Shown one piece after another: positions 1-10,028 of a DNA stretch of 41,679 nt (the stretch's first letter is position 1; every line of letters begins with the position of its first letter). The stretch is taken from positions 1-41,679 of IMG/VR virus record IMGVR_UViG_3300030059_002710. One strand, written 5' to 3'. The position numbers and the translations under genes were made by a program. The notes below the pieces were generated by a model. It made no database searches. It saw only the letters and a program-made list of their open reading frames with translations, and was not told the DNA's origin. This stretch comes from a virus. Lineage: Duplodnaviria; Caudoviricetes.

Positions 1-44
1 GTACTTTAGGTGCAAACAACTTCTTCTTATTCCAGAACGCATAA
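1..44 (+). CDS. 3' end of probable major capsid protein gene (partial)
   Basis: Frame reads ...TLGANNFFLFQNA-stop (TAA 42-44). It resembles my recollection of the C-terminus of Flavobacteria-phage major capsid proteins, is followed by a strong terminator and precedes the virion module. Confidence 0.55.
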   Translation, partial: TLGANNFFLFQNA

Positions 45-61
45 TATAAAATGATGGAAAT

Positions 62-94
62 GGGGGAGGGGAATCCCTCCTCCCCTATTTTTTT
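62..94 (+). terminator. Intrinsic terminator
   Basis: GGGGGAGGG-GAAT-CCCTCCTCC hairpin followed by a T7 tract. Confidence 0.75.
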
Positions 95-118
95 AACTTG
101 AATTAAATATTTAATAAA

Positions 119-865
119 ATGAAAAACAAAAAAGTATTTACGTCTAAGACGTACAGATTAAAATCGGAGGCGTGCCCTCTAACTTATATGCTGGCTTCAC
201 ACAATACAAGTCGCTCTCCTCTAATGTATTTTGATGAAGATACAGGCGTAAACCGCCCCCTTCGTTATGCAAGAAATCAAAGGTCTCCATTTGTAGATGA
301 GCAAGATGGAAACGCTATATTAGAGCCTATTGTATTTGAAGATGGACTTGTCGTTGTAGAGAAAGAAAACCAGGTCCTACAACAGTTCTTATACTATCAC
401 CCCGGTAGAGACCGAGTCTTCGAAGAGGTGAATAACGAAAGAGATGCATCCGAAGATGTGGAGATATTAGAGATGGAGTTGAATGCTCAAATTATAGCTA
501 AGGAACTTTCTTTCGAGAAACTTCTATCTGTAAGTAGGATCCTTATAGGGGGGTCCGTGGATAAATTGAGTACTGCAGAGTTGAAAAGAGATATCTTACT
601 CTTTGCTAAATACAACCCTGAAGACTTTATAGAGGTAGTTAACGATCCAGACTTAGAGTTCGGAGATGAGGTAAGACAGTTCTTCGATGAGAATATGCTA
701 AGCTTCCGAAATAAAAATAAGGATGTATACTTTAACCTCAAAGGAAATAAAAAGAAAATGCTTACTATCCCTTTCGGAGAGGATCCATACCATGTGGTAG
801 GGTCTTATCTAAAGACGGACGAAGGAGTTGATGTCTATAAGGGCCTCGTAAAGATGCTGAGTTAG
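119..865 (+). CDS. Phage protein downstream of capsid gene (hypothetical)
   Basis: 248-aa ORF with an AT-rich start context; no catalytic motif recognised. Confidence 0.6.
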   Translation: MKNKKVFTSKTYRLKSEACPLTYMLASHNTSRSPLMYFDEDTGVNRPLRYARNQRSPFVDEQDGNAILEPIVFEDGLVVVEKENQVLQQFLYYHPGRDRVFEEVNNERDASEDVEILEMELNAQIIAKELSFEKLLSVSRILIGGSVDKLSTAELKRDILLFAKYNPEDFIEVVNDPDLEFGDEVRQFFDENMLSFRNKNKDVYFNLKGNKKKMLTIPFGEDPYHVVGSYLKTDEGVDVYKGLVKMLS

Positions 866-890
866 TAATCCGAATCTCCTTCCCAAATTA

Positions 891-919
891 AAAGCACCCA
901 GAGATGGGTGTTTTTTTTT
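891..919 (+). terminator. Intrinsic terminator
   Basis: AAAGCACCCA-GAGA-TGGGTG followed by a T9 tract. Confidence 0.8.
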
Positions 920-922
920 GCC

Positions 923-930
923 TATCTTTG
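923..930 (+). promoter_or_regulatory. Bacteroidota-type -7 promoter box (TAnnTTTG)
   Basis: TATCTTTG directly after the terminator, about 30 nt before ATG 962. Confidence 0.7.
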
Positions 931-961
931 TTTTTTATTCACCCATTTAATTATTTGTAAA

Positions 962-1240
962 ATGGAAAAGTTTTTATCTATCCCAGTCACAGGCTCTGGG
1001 GACGTTCTTTTGAACGTAAATGAAGTCCTGTCAGTAACAGCTGCTTCTGCAACTAATGTAGCCACAGTAATAACTTACCTTAACGGTAACGTTGCTACGG
1101 TAACGGCAGGTGCTCAAGTAGCTTTCAGTATGAGAAAAGCAATCCAAGACGCTATGGTCGAGGCTTTGCAAACTTCTTGGACTCGCGTTACGTATGATGT
1201 ATTGCCTCCACAGGCTGTATCTGGAATTGCAATAACATAA
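962..1240 (+). CDS. Small putative virion protein (92 aa; start revised from 908 to ATG 962)
   Basis: MEKFLSIPV...; the track's upstream extension runs through the terminator and promoter; paralogous to the next gene. Confidence 0.7.
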   Translation: MEKFLSIPVTGSGDVLLNVNEVLSVTAASATNVATVITYLNGNVATVTAGAQVAFSMRKAIQDAMVEALQTSWTRVTYDVLPPQAVSGIAIT

Positions 1241-1244
1241 GGTT

Positions 1245-2027
1245 ATGGGAAAGTTTATAAACATACCCTTGCCATTAAGTAACACAACGGCAACAATGCC
1301 TGCTGTGGTTGCTATTACAAACAGTTCGACTACTACTGCTGCGGCGACAGGAAAACTTACTGACACAGGTGGAACACCTAACTTTTTAGCCACCGTTTCG
1401 GTAGGAGACATTGTCTTTTCAACAACATCAGCGGGTAATCTATTTTCTACAGTAACAGCTGTAGATAGCGATACTGTTTTAAGTATTAGCGGAACAGCAA
1501 CCGCTTTATTGGAGGCTTCTTTAGTGGCTTATGAAATATATACAGACGCAGACGCACATACTCTTGTAAATGCTTCAGGAACTTTCCTTACAGATGTTCG
1601 TGTAGGAGATCTTGTAGTTAATTCTACAGGGGGTTTTTCTGGCACAGTAACTAAAGTACTTTCTAACACTTCCGTGTTAGTAGATAATATTCTGTTTAAC
1701 AACAATGCCACTGATGATGGAGTAATTATCTCTCAAAGTGGTTTTGGAGGAAGGTTAGTTAATTTAGAAAATATAGCTATGGTTATCCCTACAGCGGGTG
1801 GCGCAGGAACCACTCCGGTGGCTCTGCGGTATAAAACTAAAACTGCTGCTTCTGATGTTTTAACGGTTACAATTAATAAAGCTCAGGCGGACTATGCATG
1901 GTCTATTGCTTTTACTGATTTAATGGTAGAGACGCTACAGTCTTCATGGACAAATGTGGTGGCAGAAATGCCTATGGTTAATGGCGGACCACCATTTCTT
2001 TATGCAACAGGTATAGCTTTAGCTTAA
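1245..2027 (+). CDS. Putative virion protein, paralog of the preceding gene with two inserted beta-rich repeats
   Basis: Shares the MxKFxxIP start and the MVE(A/T)LQ(T/S)SWT...GIA end with 962-1240; Thr/Ala/Val-rich. Confidence 0.65.
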   Translation: MGKFINIPLPLSNTTATMPAVVAITNSSTTTAAATGKLTDTGGTPNFLATVSVGDIVFSTTSAGNLFSTVTAVDSDTVLSISGTATALLEASLVAYEIYTDADAHTLVNASGTFLTDVRVGDLVVNSTGGFSGTVTKVLSNTSVLVDNILFNNNATDDGVIISQSGFGGRLVNLENIAMVIPTAGGAGTTPVALRYKTKTAASDVLTVTINKAQADYAWSIAFTDLMVETLQSSWTNVVAEMPMVNGGPPFLYATGIALA

Positions 2028-2046
2028 GATATATTATACATATTAG

Positions 2047-2079
2047 AAAGGGGCTCCAAAAAATGGGGCCCTTTTTTTT
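2047..2079 (+). terminator. Intrinsic terminator
   Basis: AAAGGGGCTCCA-AAAAA-TGGGGCCC followed by a T8 tract. Confidence 0.8.
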
Positions 2080-2084
2080 ATACG

Positions 2085-2092
2085 TATATTTG
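2085..2092 (+). promoter_or_regulatory. Bacteroidota-type -7 promoter box
   Basis: TATATTTG directly after the terminator, upstream of ATG 2108. Confidence 0.7.
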
Positions 2093-2107
2093 TAAAAACA
2101 TTTTAGT

Positions 2108-3178
2108 ATGCCTATAAATGATGTAAGAAATACGGTGTTAGCTATAGCTAACAAAAATAACTACGGATATATTTCGCCACAGGATTTCAACCTCTACGCT
2201 AAACAGGCGCAGATGGATATGTTTGAGGATTACTTTTATCAGTACAACAACTGGATAAATAGAGAAAACGCAAGATCTTCGGGCACAGGCTATGCAGATA
2301 TAGTAAAAGGTTTAGAAGAAGTTATAGACTCCTTTTCTACCCAAGCTTTTTTAGCTCAGCTTAACCCTCCAAGTGTACCTAACGTTCCTTCTGGTCTATC
2401 AGGCTCGGCTGTATATCAGCTACCTTCAGACTACTATCTTATAAATAAGCTGTATAGGTACCCTACGCTTAGAGTACGAGGAACCACGAGCAGCTCAGTA
2501 TTTTCTGGGAACCTCCTGATAGATAATACAAATAACTTCTTTACTTTAGGCGTACAGCCAGGAGATTTAGTTATTAATACCAGCGCAACAGGATTGGCAC
2601 CATATCCCGCGACAGGGGCTCCAGGATTGCAGGGCTGGGTGCAGAACATAAGTAATGGTGCAACACCTATAGGATCTATTGTAACATGCTCAGCCACTTT
2701 GTTTTTACAAGCGCCGGGAGCCCCGGAGGGGTACGCTATATACGATTCCAACAATATCGTAGAGGTAGAGAGGGTAAGTCAAAGCAAAATATTTAACCTT
2801 ACCAGCAGCAACCTTACTTATCCTACGCCGCAATTCCCTTGTTATGTTTTAGATGGGAATTTAATATCTGTATACCCCACTACATGGGGTGGTTTAAATG
2901 ACCCATATACTTTAGGTGAGGACATGGGGCCATGTGATGTTAAAGCTCAGTACATAAGATACCCTAACCCCCCGAGGTGGACATGGGTAGACTTAATAGG
3001 CGGAGAGCCTTTGTTTAACGCCTCTGCAGCGGACTATCAAGACTTTGAGCTACCTCTCTCTGATGAGCCTTCTTTAGTGGCTAAGATATGTCAGTATGTG
3101 GGTATAGAAATTCGTGAGCCTGAAGTAGCTAACTTCGGAATTGCTGAAGAACAGGCAGACACACAAGAAACAAGCTAA
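2108..3178 (+). CDS. Putative head-tail ring/adaptor protein
   Basis: N-terminal NKNNYGYISPQDFNLYAKQAQ, LPSDYY, YIRYP and DFELP motifs recalled from crAss-like ring proteins; position in the module. Confidence 0.55.
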   Translation: MPINDVRNTVLAIANKNNYGYISPQDFNLYAKQAQMDMFEDYFYQYNNWINRENARSSGTGYADIVKGLEEVIDSFSTQAFLAQLNPPSVPNVPSGLSGSAVYQLPSDYYLINKLYRYPTLRVRGTTSSSVFSGNLLIDNTNNFFTLGVQPGDLVINTSATGLAPYPATGAPGLQGWVQNISNGATPIGSIVTCSATLFLQAPGAPEGYAIYDSNNIVEVERVSQSKIFNLTSSNLTYPTPQFPCYVLDGNLISVYPTTWGGLNDPYTLGEDMGPCDVKAQYIRYPNPPRWTWVDLIGGEPLFNASAADYQDFELPLSDEPSLVAKICQYVGIEIREPEVANFGIAEEQADTQETS

Positions 3179-3183
3179 TTATA

Positions 3184-4107
3184 ATGACGTATATAACAGA
3201 TTATCAGTATTACGAAAACAGTCAAGTATCTCCTACGGATGCTAACTGGGGATCGTATCAATATGTTTCTTTGGATGATATAGTTAACAATTTCATGTTA
3301 ATGTATCAAGGGAATAATGAGCTTATAAATAATATAAATAGGTATCAGGTTTTATTTTTTGCTAAGAGAGCAATACAAGAATTAAACTACGACGCTATGA
3401 GGGAAATAAAAATCCTTCAGTTAACAATCGACGATCAGCTAAGATTTATCTTGCCTCCCGACTACGTTAACTGGGTGAGGATTTCTATATACCGCAATGG
3501 AACGCTTCTTCCTTTGACAGAGAATATACAGACCAATTGGAGCGGGGCATACTTACAGGACAATAACGCTCGGATTCTTTTTGACATCTACGGAGACGTT
3601 CTTAAGCCTGCCGATTCTAAGTTAGATATAGATCGCATTACAGGGCAAACCAGAAGTATATATCTTAACGAAGGTAGCCCGTACAATAATACCTTGGGGT
3701 GGAATGTCGATGGAGCATGGTATTTCGACTACGCTATTGGAGCTCGTTTTGGATTAAATACTGAGACAGCGAACGCTAATCCGACCTTTAGCATAAACAA
3801 AAAGGGTGGTGTTATAAACTTTAGCTCAGGTGTAGGAGGAGAGTCTGTGGTTTTAGAGTACATATCTGACGGGATGGAGAGTGGGAATGATTCGAGCGTA
3901 AGTGTAAATAAACTTTTTGAAGAATATCTATACGCTGCCATTAAGTTTTCTCTTCTCAACAACAGACTGTCCGCTCAGGAGTATGTAATAAACAGAGCCC
4001 GAAAAGACAAATCCTCTTTGCTAAGGAATGCAAAGATAAGATTAAGTAACATGCACCCCGGACGTCTCTTAATGAACATGAGAGGTAAAGATAAATGGAT
4101 AAAGTAG
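3184..4107 (+). CDS. Putative tail ring / structural protein
   Basis: AKRAIQELNYD, LPPDYVNWVRIS and LEYISDG motifs typical of ring proteins preceding the muzzle gene. Confidence 0.55.
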   Translation: MTYITDYQYYENSQVSPTDANWGSYQYVSLDDIVNNFMLMYQGNNELINNINRYQVLFFAKRAIQELNYDAMREIKILQLTIDDQLRFILPPDYVNWVRISIYRNGTLLPLTENIQTNWSGAYLQDNNARILFDIYGDVLKPADSKLDIDRITGQTRSIYLNEGSPYNNTLGWNVDGAWYFDYAIGARFGLNTETANANPTFSINKKGGVINFSSGVGGESVVLEYISDGMESGNDSSVSVNKLFEEYLYAAIKFSLLNNRLSAQEYVINRARKDKSSLLRNAKIRLSNMHPGRLLMNMRGKDKWIK

Positions 4108-4108
4108 T

Positions 4109-7100
4109 ATGCTAATACAAACTAATTTTATTGCAGGTAAGATGAACAAAAGCGTCGATGAACGCTTGGTTCCTCTTGGCGAATATGTTGACGCTTTAAA
4201 CGTTCGCTTGGGTTCTACTGAAGCGACAGAGGTCGGAGCGGTAGAAAACTCTAAGGGTAACACCAACCTTACCCCTAATATTGAGTACAACGGAAATCCT
4301 CTATCGAATAACGCGCGGTGTATAGGCGCTTTTGAAGATGGCATGGCGGAAACTATCTATTGGTTTGTTTACGATCCAGGCGACCCTGCAACAGGGCAGG
4401 TGGAGGTAGATATGATACTATCATATAACACGAACACCAATACATTATTGTATCATGTTGTTAGTACGGATGTCCTTAATTTTAATCCGACATACCTTAT
4501 CAACGGGGTAAATAAAATTGAGGATCTTTTATTCTTTACCGATGACCTTAACCCTCCGAGATATATTAACGTAACCAGAAACTATCCTGTACCAACAGGT
4601 ATAAGTGACGGTATTGAAGAGGAAGATATCAGCGTTATTGTTAAACCCCCTGGGTTTGAGGATGTAAACCCTACTACGAATACTCAACCTCTTAGAGCTC
4701 CACACGTAGAACTTGTGAATACAGGTCAGGGAGACTACATGGAGATGCGGTTCTTACGTTTTGCGTACCGCTATAGATATTTGGATGAAGGGTACAGCGC
4801 TACCTCTTTGTTTACGAACCCAGCCTTCGAGCCTAAAGACTTTGCCTTTAGCCAAGAGACGTTTAAAAACGTCGGCATGATAAATAGGTTTAATGCTGCT
4901 AACGTTTGGTTCTCGACAGGATCTGAAAGGGTAAAAGAGATACAGCTCTTATATAAAGATACCACCAGTAACAATATTTTTATTATTAAGAATTATAATA
5001 AAGCTGAGCTGGGTTTACCTAATGACTCTTTTCAGCAGGAAGAGTTTAGCAACAGTAAAATTCTTACACTATTAGGATCGGATGAGCTTCTTAGGTTGTA
5101 CGATAATGTCCCACGAAGAGCTAAAGCTCAAACGATTCAGGGCAATAGATTAATGTACGGAAACTATGTAGATCAGTACGATGTGGTTAACAGAGAGGGC
5201 GGAGACTCTATACAGATGCAGTATCAGCTATCTCCCAGCACGGAGAGTATAGACGTAACTTCATTACCTCCTACCGCAGGCTCTAATGGAACTTACAGTA
5301 TCGATCCCGCAGCTCCAGGAACAGTAGTTGCAGACGCTACAGCAGGGTTTGATCTCTCTTCCATTACTACGCCTATTATACCAGGAACGTATTTCCGTTT
5401 CTTCTTGGCTATGCAAAACGTTCAGAGTACGCGAAGCGGAGCCGATGCTCAACCAGCCTCTGTAGTGGTTCCTGATTTTACTATAACATTAAACTTCATT
5501 GCTCCGGTACAATATAGTACGGTAAATGAGATGCTTACCTCGCAAGAGTTTGCTTCGGCTGTGGGGGCGAATAATAGCTTCCAGCAGCTTATCCCTTATA
5601 CTACTCCTACACCACCAACCTATCCCCCAACGGAAAACCCTGCGGGGAATGGGGGTACTTTAACAGACTTGTTTAATACAGCTTTGCCATACGCATGGCA
5701 GAACACTACTACAAGCAATTATTTATTACTCGTAGACACGGCTGTTACCAACGCGTGTACTGTGGCGGGGATGACTACTTTCCCTCCCCTCACTTCCGTA
5801 TGTACTCAACAAAGTTTTGGTCTTACAGTAGCTGGGTCTACGTTTACTCTTACAGCTCCAGCAGCTACATACTACTTTAACTCTACCCCTGAAACTATTC
5901 AGTATGAGTACTTTGCTTTTAATTTAGCAGCTACAGGGGGTGTTATTCAAACGACTGCAGAGCGCGGAAGCTTACACAGCTATAGAGATTACGAGGTGGG
6001 GGTGGTATATATGGATGAGTATGCCAGGTCTTCTACGGTTCTTACCAGTCAAAACAACAATGTATTTTTCCCTTCCAGCACATCGGTATTAAAAAACAAA
6101 ATAAAGGTAAACCTACAAAATACTGCTCCTTATTGGGCGAAGTACTATAAGTTTGTGGTAAAGCCAAGCCAAGGAAATTATGAAACTATATGGAGTAGTT
6201 TAGTTTTCCAACAGACAGGATCAAATGAAGGGCCTACGCCTTTTATTCAAGATGACGCCAGCTTTTGGTTTAGACTCGAGGGAGATAGCCAAAACATAGT
6301 ATCTGTAGGAGATGTGCTTACTGTAAAGATCGATGCCAATGGCCCTGTTCTACAGCATGCTACGGCAGAGGTGTTGGATAAAGAGGCTTTGTATTCGGGC
6401 CAGATAAATACGGCTAACCCTGCAGGTCTATATATGAGGTTGAAGTCAAGTGGATGGAACGCTATAGGCGACGACGACACGGCGAACATAAACTCTGACG
6501 TAACCTCAAATAACTCTGGAATAAGTGAGTGCTCTCAGATCGCTCTTATCCCTCCTGCTTCTTCTCCAGCCATTGCAGGGTCTATCCCTGCGGGGAGTAC
6601 GGTGCGGGTAGCTTCTACAAACCAAAGGCTTACAAATGATGGAGCCTGTCCCACAAAACTAATTATTTGGGATAGTGGAGACATGTTGGTAGATCAAAAC
6701 TATGATACTATTCACGCGTGCCTTATAGGTTTAGGTTTTGAGACTTTGGTGCAGTCAAACTCTACAAACATTATACCTCCTGTTCAAAATATGGATATTG
6801 AATTTGACCCTGAGCTTTACACCTTTGGGGCAGGTCCAGATACTGTGCCAGGAACCTGTTTTACTTCTAAAATTTACGTCACTCAATCGGGAACCGACTA
6901 CTTTATAAAAAGCAAGTCCATGATCCCTACATGCACGGAAGCAACGGTTGGGTTTGATTGGCAAACAGATTCTCAAACCCAATTAGAAGTAAGTATAAAC
7001 TATTCTTCTGGAACCTTCTGTTTTGAAACAGAACCTGACGCCGTAGACCCGAATTTATTCTACGACGCTTCGCAAATGATGCGAGTCATAAAAGATCTTT

Positions 7101-9016
7101 CAGTGGACGGTAATTTTTATCACGAAGCTGCACAAATTTGGAACCCACAGACACAGTTTTATACAGTAGAGCCTGGTGGACAAACCCAAACTTTAAACCA
7201 GCCTTTAGAAACAACCTTAGATTTTATAAACTGCTACACGTTTGGTAATGGGGTAGAGAGTTTTAGAATAGAAGACCGTATAGACGGTAGGTTTTTTAAG
7301 TTGGGAGATAGGGTTATGGCGGAGTCTAACCAAGCCTTTAGCGAGGCGGATAGGTTTGCGGGGATGACATACAGTGGAGTCTTCCGCAATGGGTCAAACT
7401 TTAATAATTTAAACGAGTTTAATTTAGGACTCGTAAACTTTAAAGACTTAGAAACCAATTTCGGTCCCATACAGGTTTTACATTCTCGTGAGACAGATAT
7501 ACTTGTCCTTCAAGAGGATAGGATTTCTTACGTGTTGTCAGACAAAAATGTTATAACAGACTCTACAGGAGGCGGAGCTATAGCTTCGGTACCTGAAGTA
7601 TTAGGTGGACAGATAGCTCGTATAGAAGAGTTTGGTATTAGCTTCAACCCTGAGAGCTTCGTTCAGTGGGGGCCCAGTATGTACTTTACTGACGCTAAGA
7701 GAAGTGCGGTTTTGTCTTTAACGGGAGCCAGTAGAGGATCTGATCAACTACAGATAATTTCTCAAATGGGGATGCGGTCTTATTTTAGGGATCAGTTTAC
7801 CGCTCAAATTACTACTCAAAAGTTGGGAGGGTACGACCCTTATATGAACGAGTATGTATTGGGAATGAATAGTATTCAGATCCCTATGCCATTAGTAGAG
7901 TTTCCGTGTGGGCAAGAGGCAAGTCAAAACGCTACCGACCAAACGTTAGACTTCGCTGTTAACTTTGGTTCTCTGATTGGGCAAATAGATATCCCATACA
8001 GTATAACTCAGGGGTCTATTATTATAAGCGTCACATGGAACGGAGTGCCTACCAGCACAGGGGTGGTAAGTACTAACGGAACTTTGTCTTTTAATAAAAC
8101 GTCTTCTAACCCAACAACAGCAACGTTTAGTATAGTGCCTTATAGCGCTGGTTTGCCAGGGAGTGTGCCCGCTACTTACAGCTTAACTCCTGGGTGTCCT
8201 CCTCAAGATGAGGTGACGTTAATTCAAGTTGTAGTAAACGGTAACAATTATGTAAACCAAGGCATTCATATTGAGTATGAGTGGACTGACGGGGTTACAA
8301 CAAGCCCTGTCTCACAGGTGCCTGTAATTATGCAAGGAGGCATTGCTACTTCTTTATATCAACAGCAAACGGGGCCTATGTCACAAGGGATATTCCCATA
8401 TGATGGGTCTAATATTACCCTTAGAACAAACAAGATTTCACCTGACACCTTTGACTTTAACCCTACTCTGCATAAGTTTAGAATACTGTCAAGCAACACT
8501 TTGTATGCCAATACCGTAGCGGATATGACGGCTTTACTGGCTGCGGCAAGTGAGATAGTTCCTATAACAAACCCTTCAACTGCTATTTTCCAAGCCACAG
8601 AGACAGCTTTTGCTATGTCTGGAGCTAACGATTATCTATACCTTGTTTGGGATTTCAGAAACGCTACAGAAGACCAGCTGTGTTATAGCGCTGTAAGCGC
8701 TGATGACGCGTGTTGTAACTGTACGACAGCTTGCAATAGATGTTATTTCAGCCCTGGACAACAGACGCAAATAGGAGCGTGTGCGGTAGATACAAATAGT
8801 TTTGGAAGCAGTCTTATTCAATTTTCTGGAGCGGGACCGATACCTGTCATAGGGGATATTGTGTATGCGGCAGGCGTAATAGAATGTCTTCCTGAGTTAG
8901 GACTTGGAACCCCAGGATTTTATATAGTAGATCCGTCGTCTCCTTCTGCTGCAAGCCCAAAGAACTGGATAGAAGTAGCTTCAGGCGGATTAGTTATAAA
9001 CTCAGGAACATGTTAA
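4109..9016 (+). CDS. Tail muzzle/stabilisation-type protein, N-terminal major part with Cys-rich C-terminal extension
   Basis: 1635 aa; NFIAGKMNKSVDERLVPLGEYVDALN, LFFTDDLNPPRYIN, FAYRYRY, GNRLMYGNYV, FGISFNPESF, YFTDAKR and GGYDPY motifs of crAss-like muzzle proteins. Confidence 0.65.
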   Translation: MLIQTNFIAGKMNKSVDERLVPLGEYVDALNVRLGSTEATEVGAVENSKGNTNLTPNIEYNGNPLSNNARCIGAFEDGMAETIYWFVYDPGDPATGQVEVDMILSYNTNTNTLLYHVVSTDVLNFNPTYLINGVNKIEDLLFFTDDLNPPRYINVTRNYPVPTGISDGIEEEDISVIVKPPGFEDVNPTTNTQPLRAPHVELVNTGQGDYMEMRFLRFAYRYRYLDEGYSATSLFTNPAFEPKDFAFSQETFKNVGMINRFNAANVWFSTGSERVKEIQLLYKDTTSNNIFIIKNYNKAELGLPNDSFQQEEFSNSKILTLLGSDELLRLYDNVPRRAKAQTIQGNRLMYGNYVDQYDVVNREGGDSIQMQYQLSPSTESIDVTSLPPTAGSNGTYSIDPAAPGTVVADATAGFDLSSITTPIIPGTYFRFFLAMQNVQSTRSGADAQPASVVVPDFTITLNFIAPVQYSTVNEMLTSQEFASAVGANNSFQQLIPYTTPTPPTYPPTENPAGNGGTLTDLFNTALPYAWQNTTTSNYLLLVDTAVTNACTVAGMTTFPPLTSVCTQQSFGLTVAGSTFTLTAPAATYYFNSTPETIQYEYFAFNLAATGGVIQTTAERGSLHSYRDYEVGVVYMDEYARSSTVLTSQNNNVFFPSSTSVLKNKIKVNLQNTAPYWAKYYKFVVKPSQGNYETIWSSLVFQQTGSNEGPTPFIQDDASFWFRLEGDSQNIVSVGDVLTVKIDANGPVLQHATAEVLDKEALYSGQINTANPAGLYMRLKSSGWNAIGDDDTANINSDVTSNNSGISECSQIALIPPASSPAIAGSIPAGSTVRVASTNQRLTNDGACPTKLIIWDSGDMLVDQNYDTIHACLIGLGFETLVQSNSTNIIPPVQNMDIEFDPELYTFGAGPDTVPGTCFTSKIYVTQSGTDYFIKSKSMIPTCTEATVGFDWQTDSQTQLEVSINYSSGTFCFETEPDAVDPNLFYDASQMMRVIKDLSVDGNFYHEAAQIWNPQTQFYTVEPGGQTQTLNQPLETTLDFINCYTFGNGVESFRIEDRIDGRFFKLGDRVMAESNQAFSEADRFAGMTYSGVFRNGSNFNNLNEFNLGLVNFKDLETNFGPIQVLHSRETDILVLQEDRISYVLSDKNVITDSTGGGAIASVPEVLGGQIARIEEFGISFNPESFVQWGPSMYFTDAKRSAVLSLTGASRGSDQLQIISQMGMRSYFRDQFTAQITTQKLGGYDPYMNEYVLGMNSIQIPMPLVEFPCGQEASQNATDQTLDFAVNFGSLIGQIDIPYSITQGSIIISVTWNGVPTSTGVVSTNGTLSFNKTSSNPTTATFSIVPYSAGLPGSVPATYSLTPGCPPQDEVTLIQVVVNGNNYVNQGIHIEYEWTDGVTTSPVSQVPVIMQGGIATSLYQQQTGPMSQGIFPYDGSNITLRTNKISPDTFDFNPTLHKFRILSSNTLYANTVADMTALLAAASEIVPITNPSTAIFQATETAFAMSGANDYLYLVWDFRNATEDQLCYSAVSADDACCNCTTACNRCYFSPGQQTQIGACAVDTNSFGSSLIQFSGAGPIPVIGDIVYAAGVIECLPELGLGTPGFYIVDPSSPSAASPKNWIEVASGGLVINSGTC

Positions 9017-9027
9017 AAAATTAAATT

Positions 9028-10017
9028 ATGCCGATACCTACAACTTTTTATTACGACAGTACAGTATTCTGTGACGCAACAGATATATGGACCGATAGCG
9101 CTTTGTCTGCACCATCATCTGATGGGTGGTATCAAGTAGGCGGCGTGTATCGCCAGAAGCTTAGCGGCGCCTTGGGTCCCTGTCAAGCTTGCCCTTTATG
9201 TGTTGTGCCTTGCGACACTCCTGTTTCAGCCAGTGGTGGCGTCGGTTTATATTATGTAGGCTTTGATGCTGGAGTTACCACAGGGGCCGTGGTGGTAAAG
9301 TTTGACCCTTACGCTATGCCCGATCAGCTAACATGGTATTATACTCAATTTGGAGTTCAACTTGCAGCAACGGAATATTCTTCTTCAATCCACGGGTACA
9401 AGGAAGGACTCATAGGAGCAGTCACTCAAGCAAGCGCTTTAGGAATTACTAACTCACTGGGTAGTAATGGGGTTACATATAATGGAGTATATTATGCCTA
9501 CGACCTAAGTTTAGAAACCTTTATAGCACAAGCAAACTCTGTTACATTAGGGCCATATCTCCCTGAATCCGAAGGAGGCGTTGGCATTACTTATATCGGA
9601 TATGCTGGGGGTGTTACAGGTAACCAAGCTTTTATGGTAATCCCTAAAACAGACCCAACTTCATCCCTTATTAAGCTCTATGTAGAAGGACCTTCTGCGG
9701 GTACCGCGTGGGAGGTTACTGTGTATTGCCCTAAAGATCTTAATAAATTTAGTGGGGGTATCGTTGGCGCTACGTGCGCAGCTACACCCACAATAATATA
9801 TTGGACATGCTCAGTAGAGCCTGGAGGAGACGGAACAAATACTATACTTGGTGTACACGACTGGGTGTTTTTAGATCCTAATGGAGAAACTTCCGCTAAC
9901 ACTACCGCTGCAGATATTGTTGTGCCTATAGTAGATGGAGACGGTGTCTCAAAATGTGTAACTATAAGCTCTGACGGAGTGATAACTAATATTGGATCAT
10001 GCACAGGAACTTGTTAA
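9028..10017 (+). CDS. Putative tail-associated / receptor-binding protein
   Basis: 329 aa, Gly/Thr/Cys-rich with beta-type composition; lies between the two muzzle parts. Confidence 0.45.
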   Translation: MPIPTTFYYDSTVFCDATDIWTDSALSAPSSDGWYQVGGVYRQKLSGALGPCQACPLCVVPCDTPVSASGGVGLYYVGFDAGVTTGAVVVKFDPYAMPDQLTWYYTQFGVQLAATEYSSSIHGYKEGLIGAVTQASALGITNSLGSNGVTYNGVYYAYDLSLETFIAQANSVTLGPYLPESEGGVGITYIGYAGGVTGNQAFMVIPKTDPTSSLIKLYVEGPSAGTAWEVTVYCPKDLNKFSGGIVGATCAATPTIIYWTCSVEPGGDGTNTILGVHDWVFLDPNGETSANTTAADIVVPIVDGDGVSKCVTISSDGVITNIGSCTGTC

Positions 10018-10028
10018 TATAAAATACT

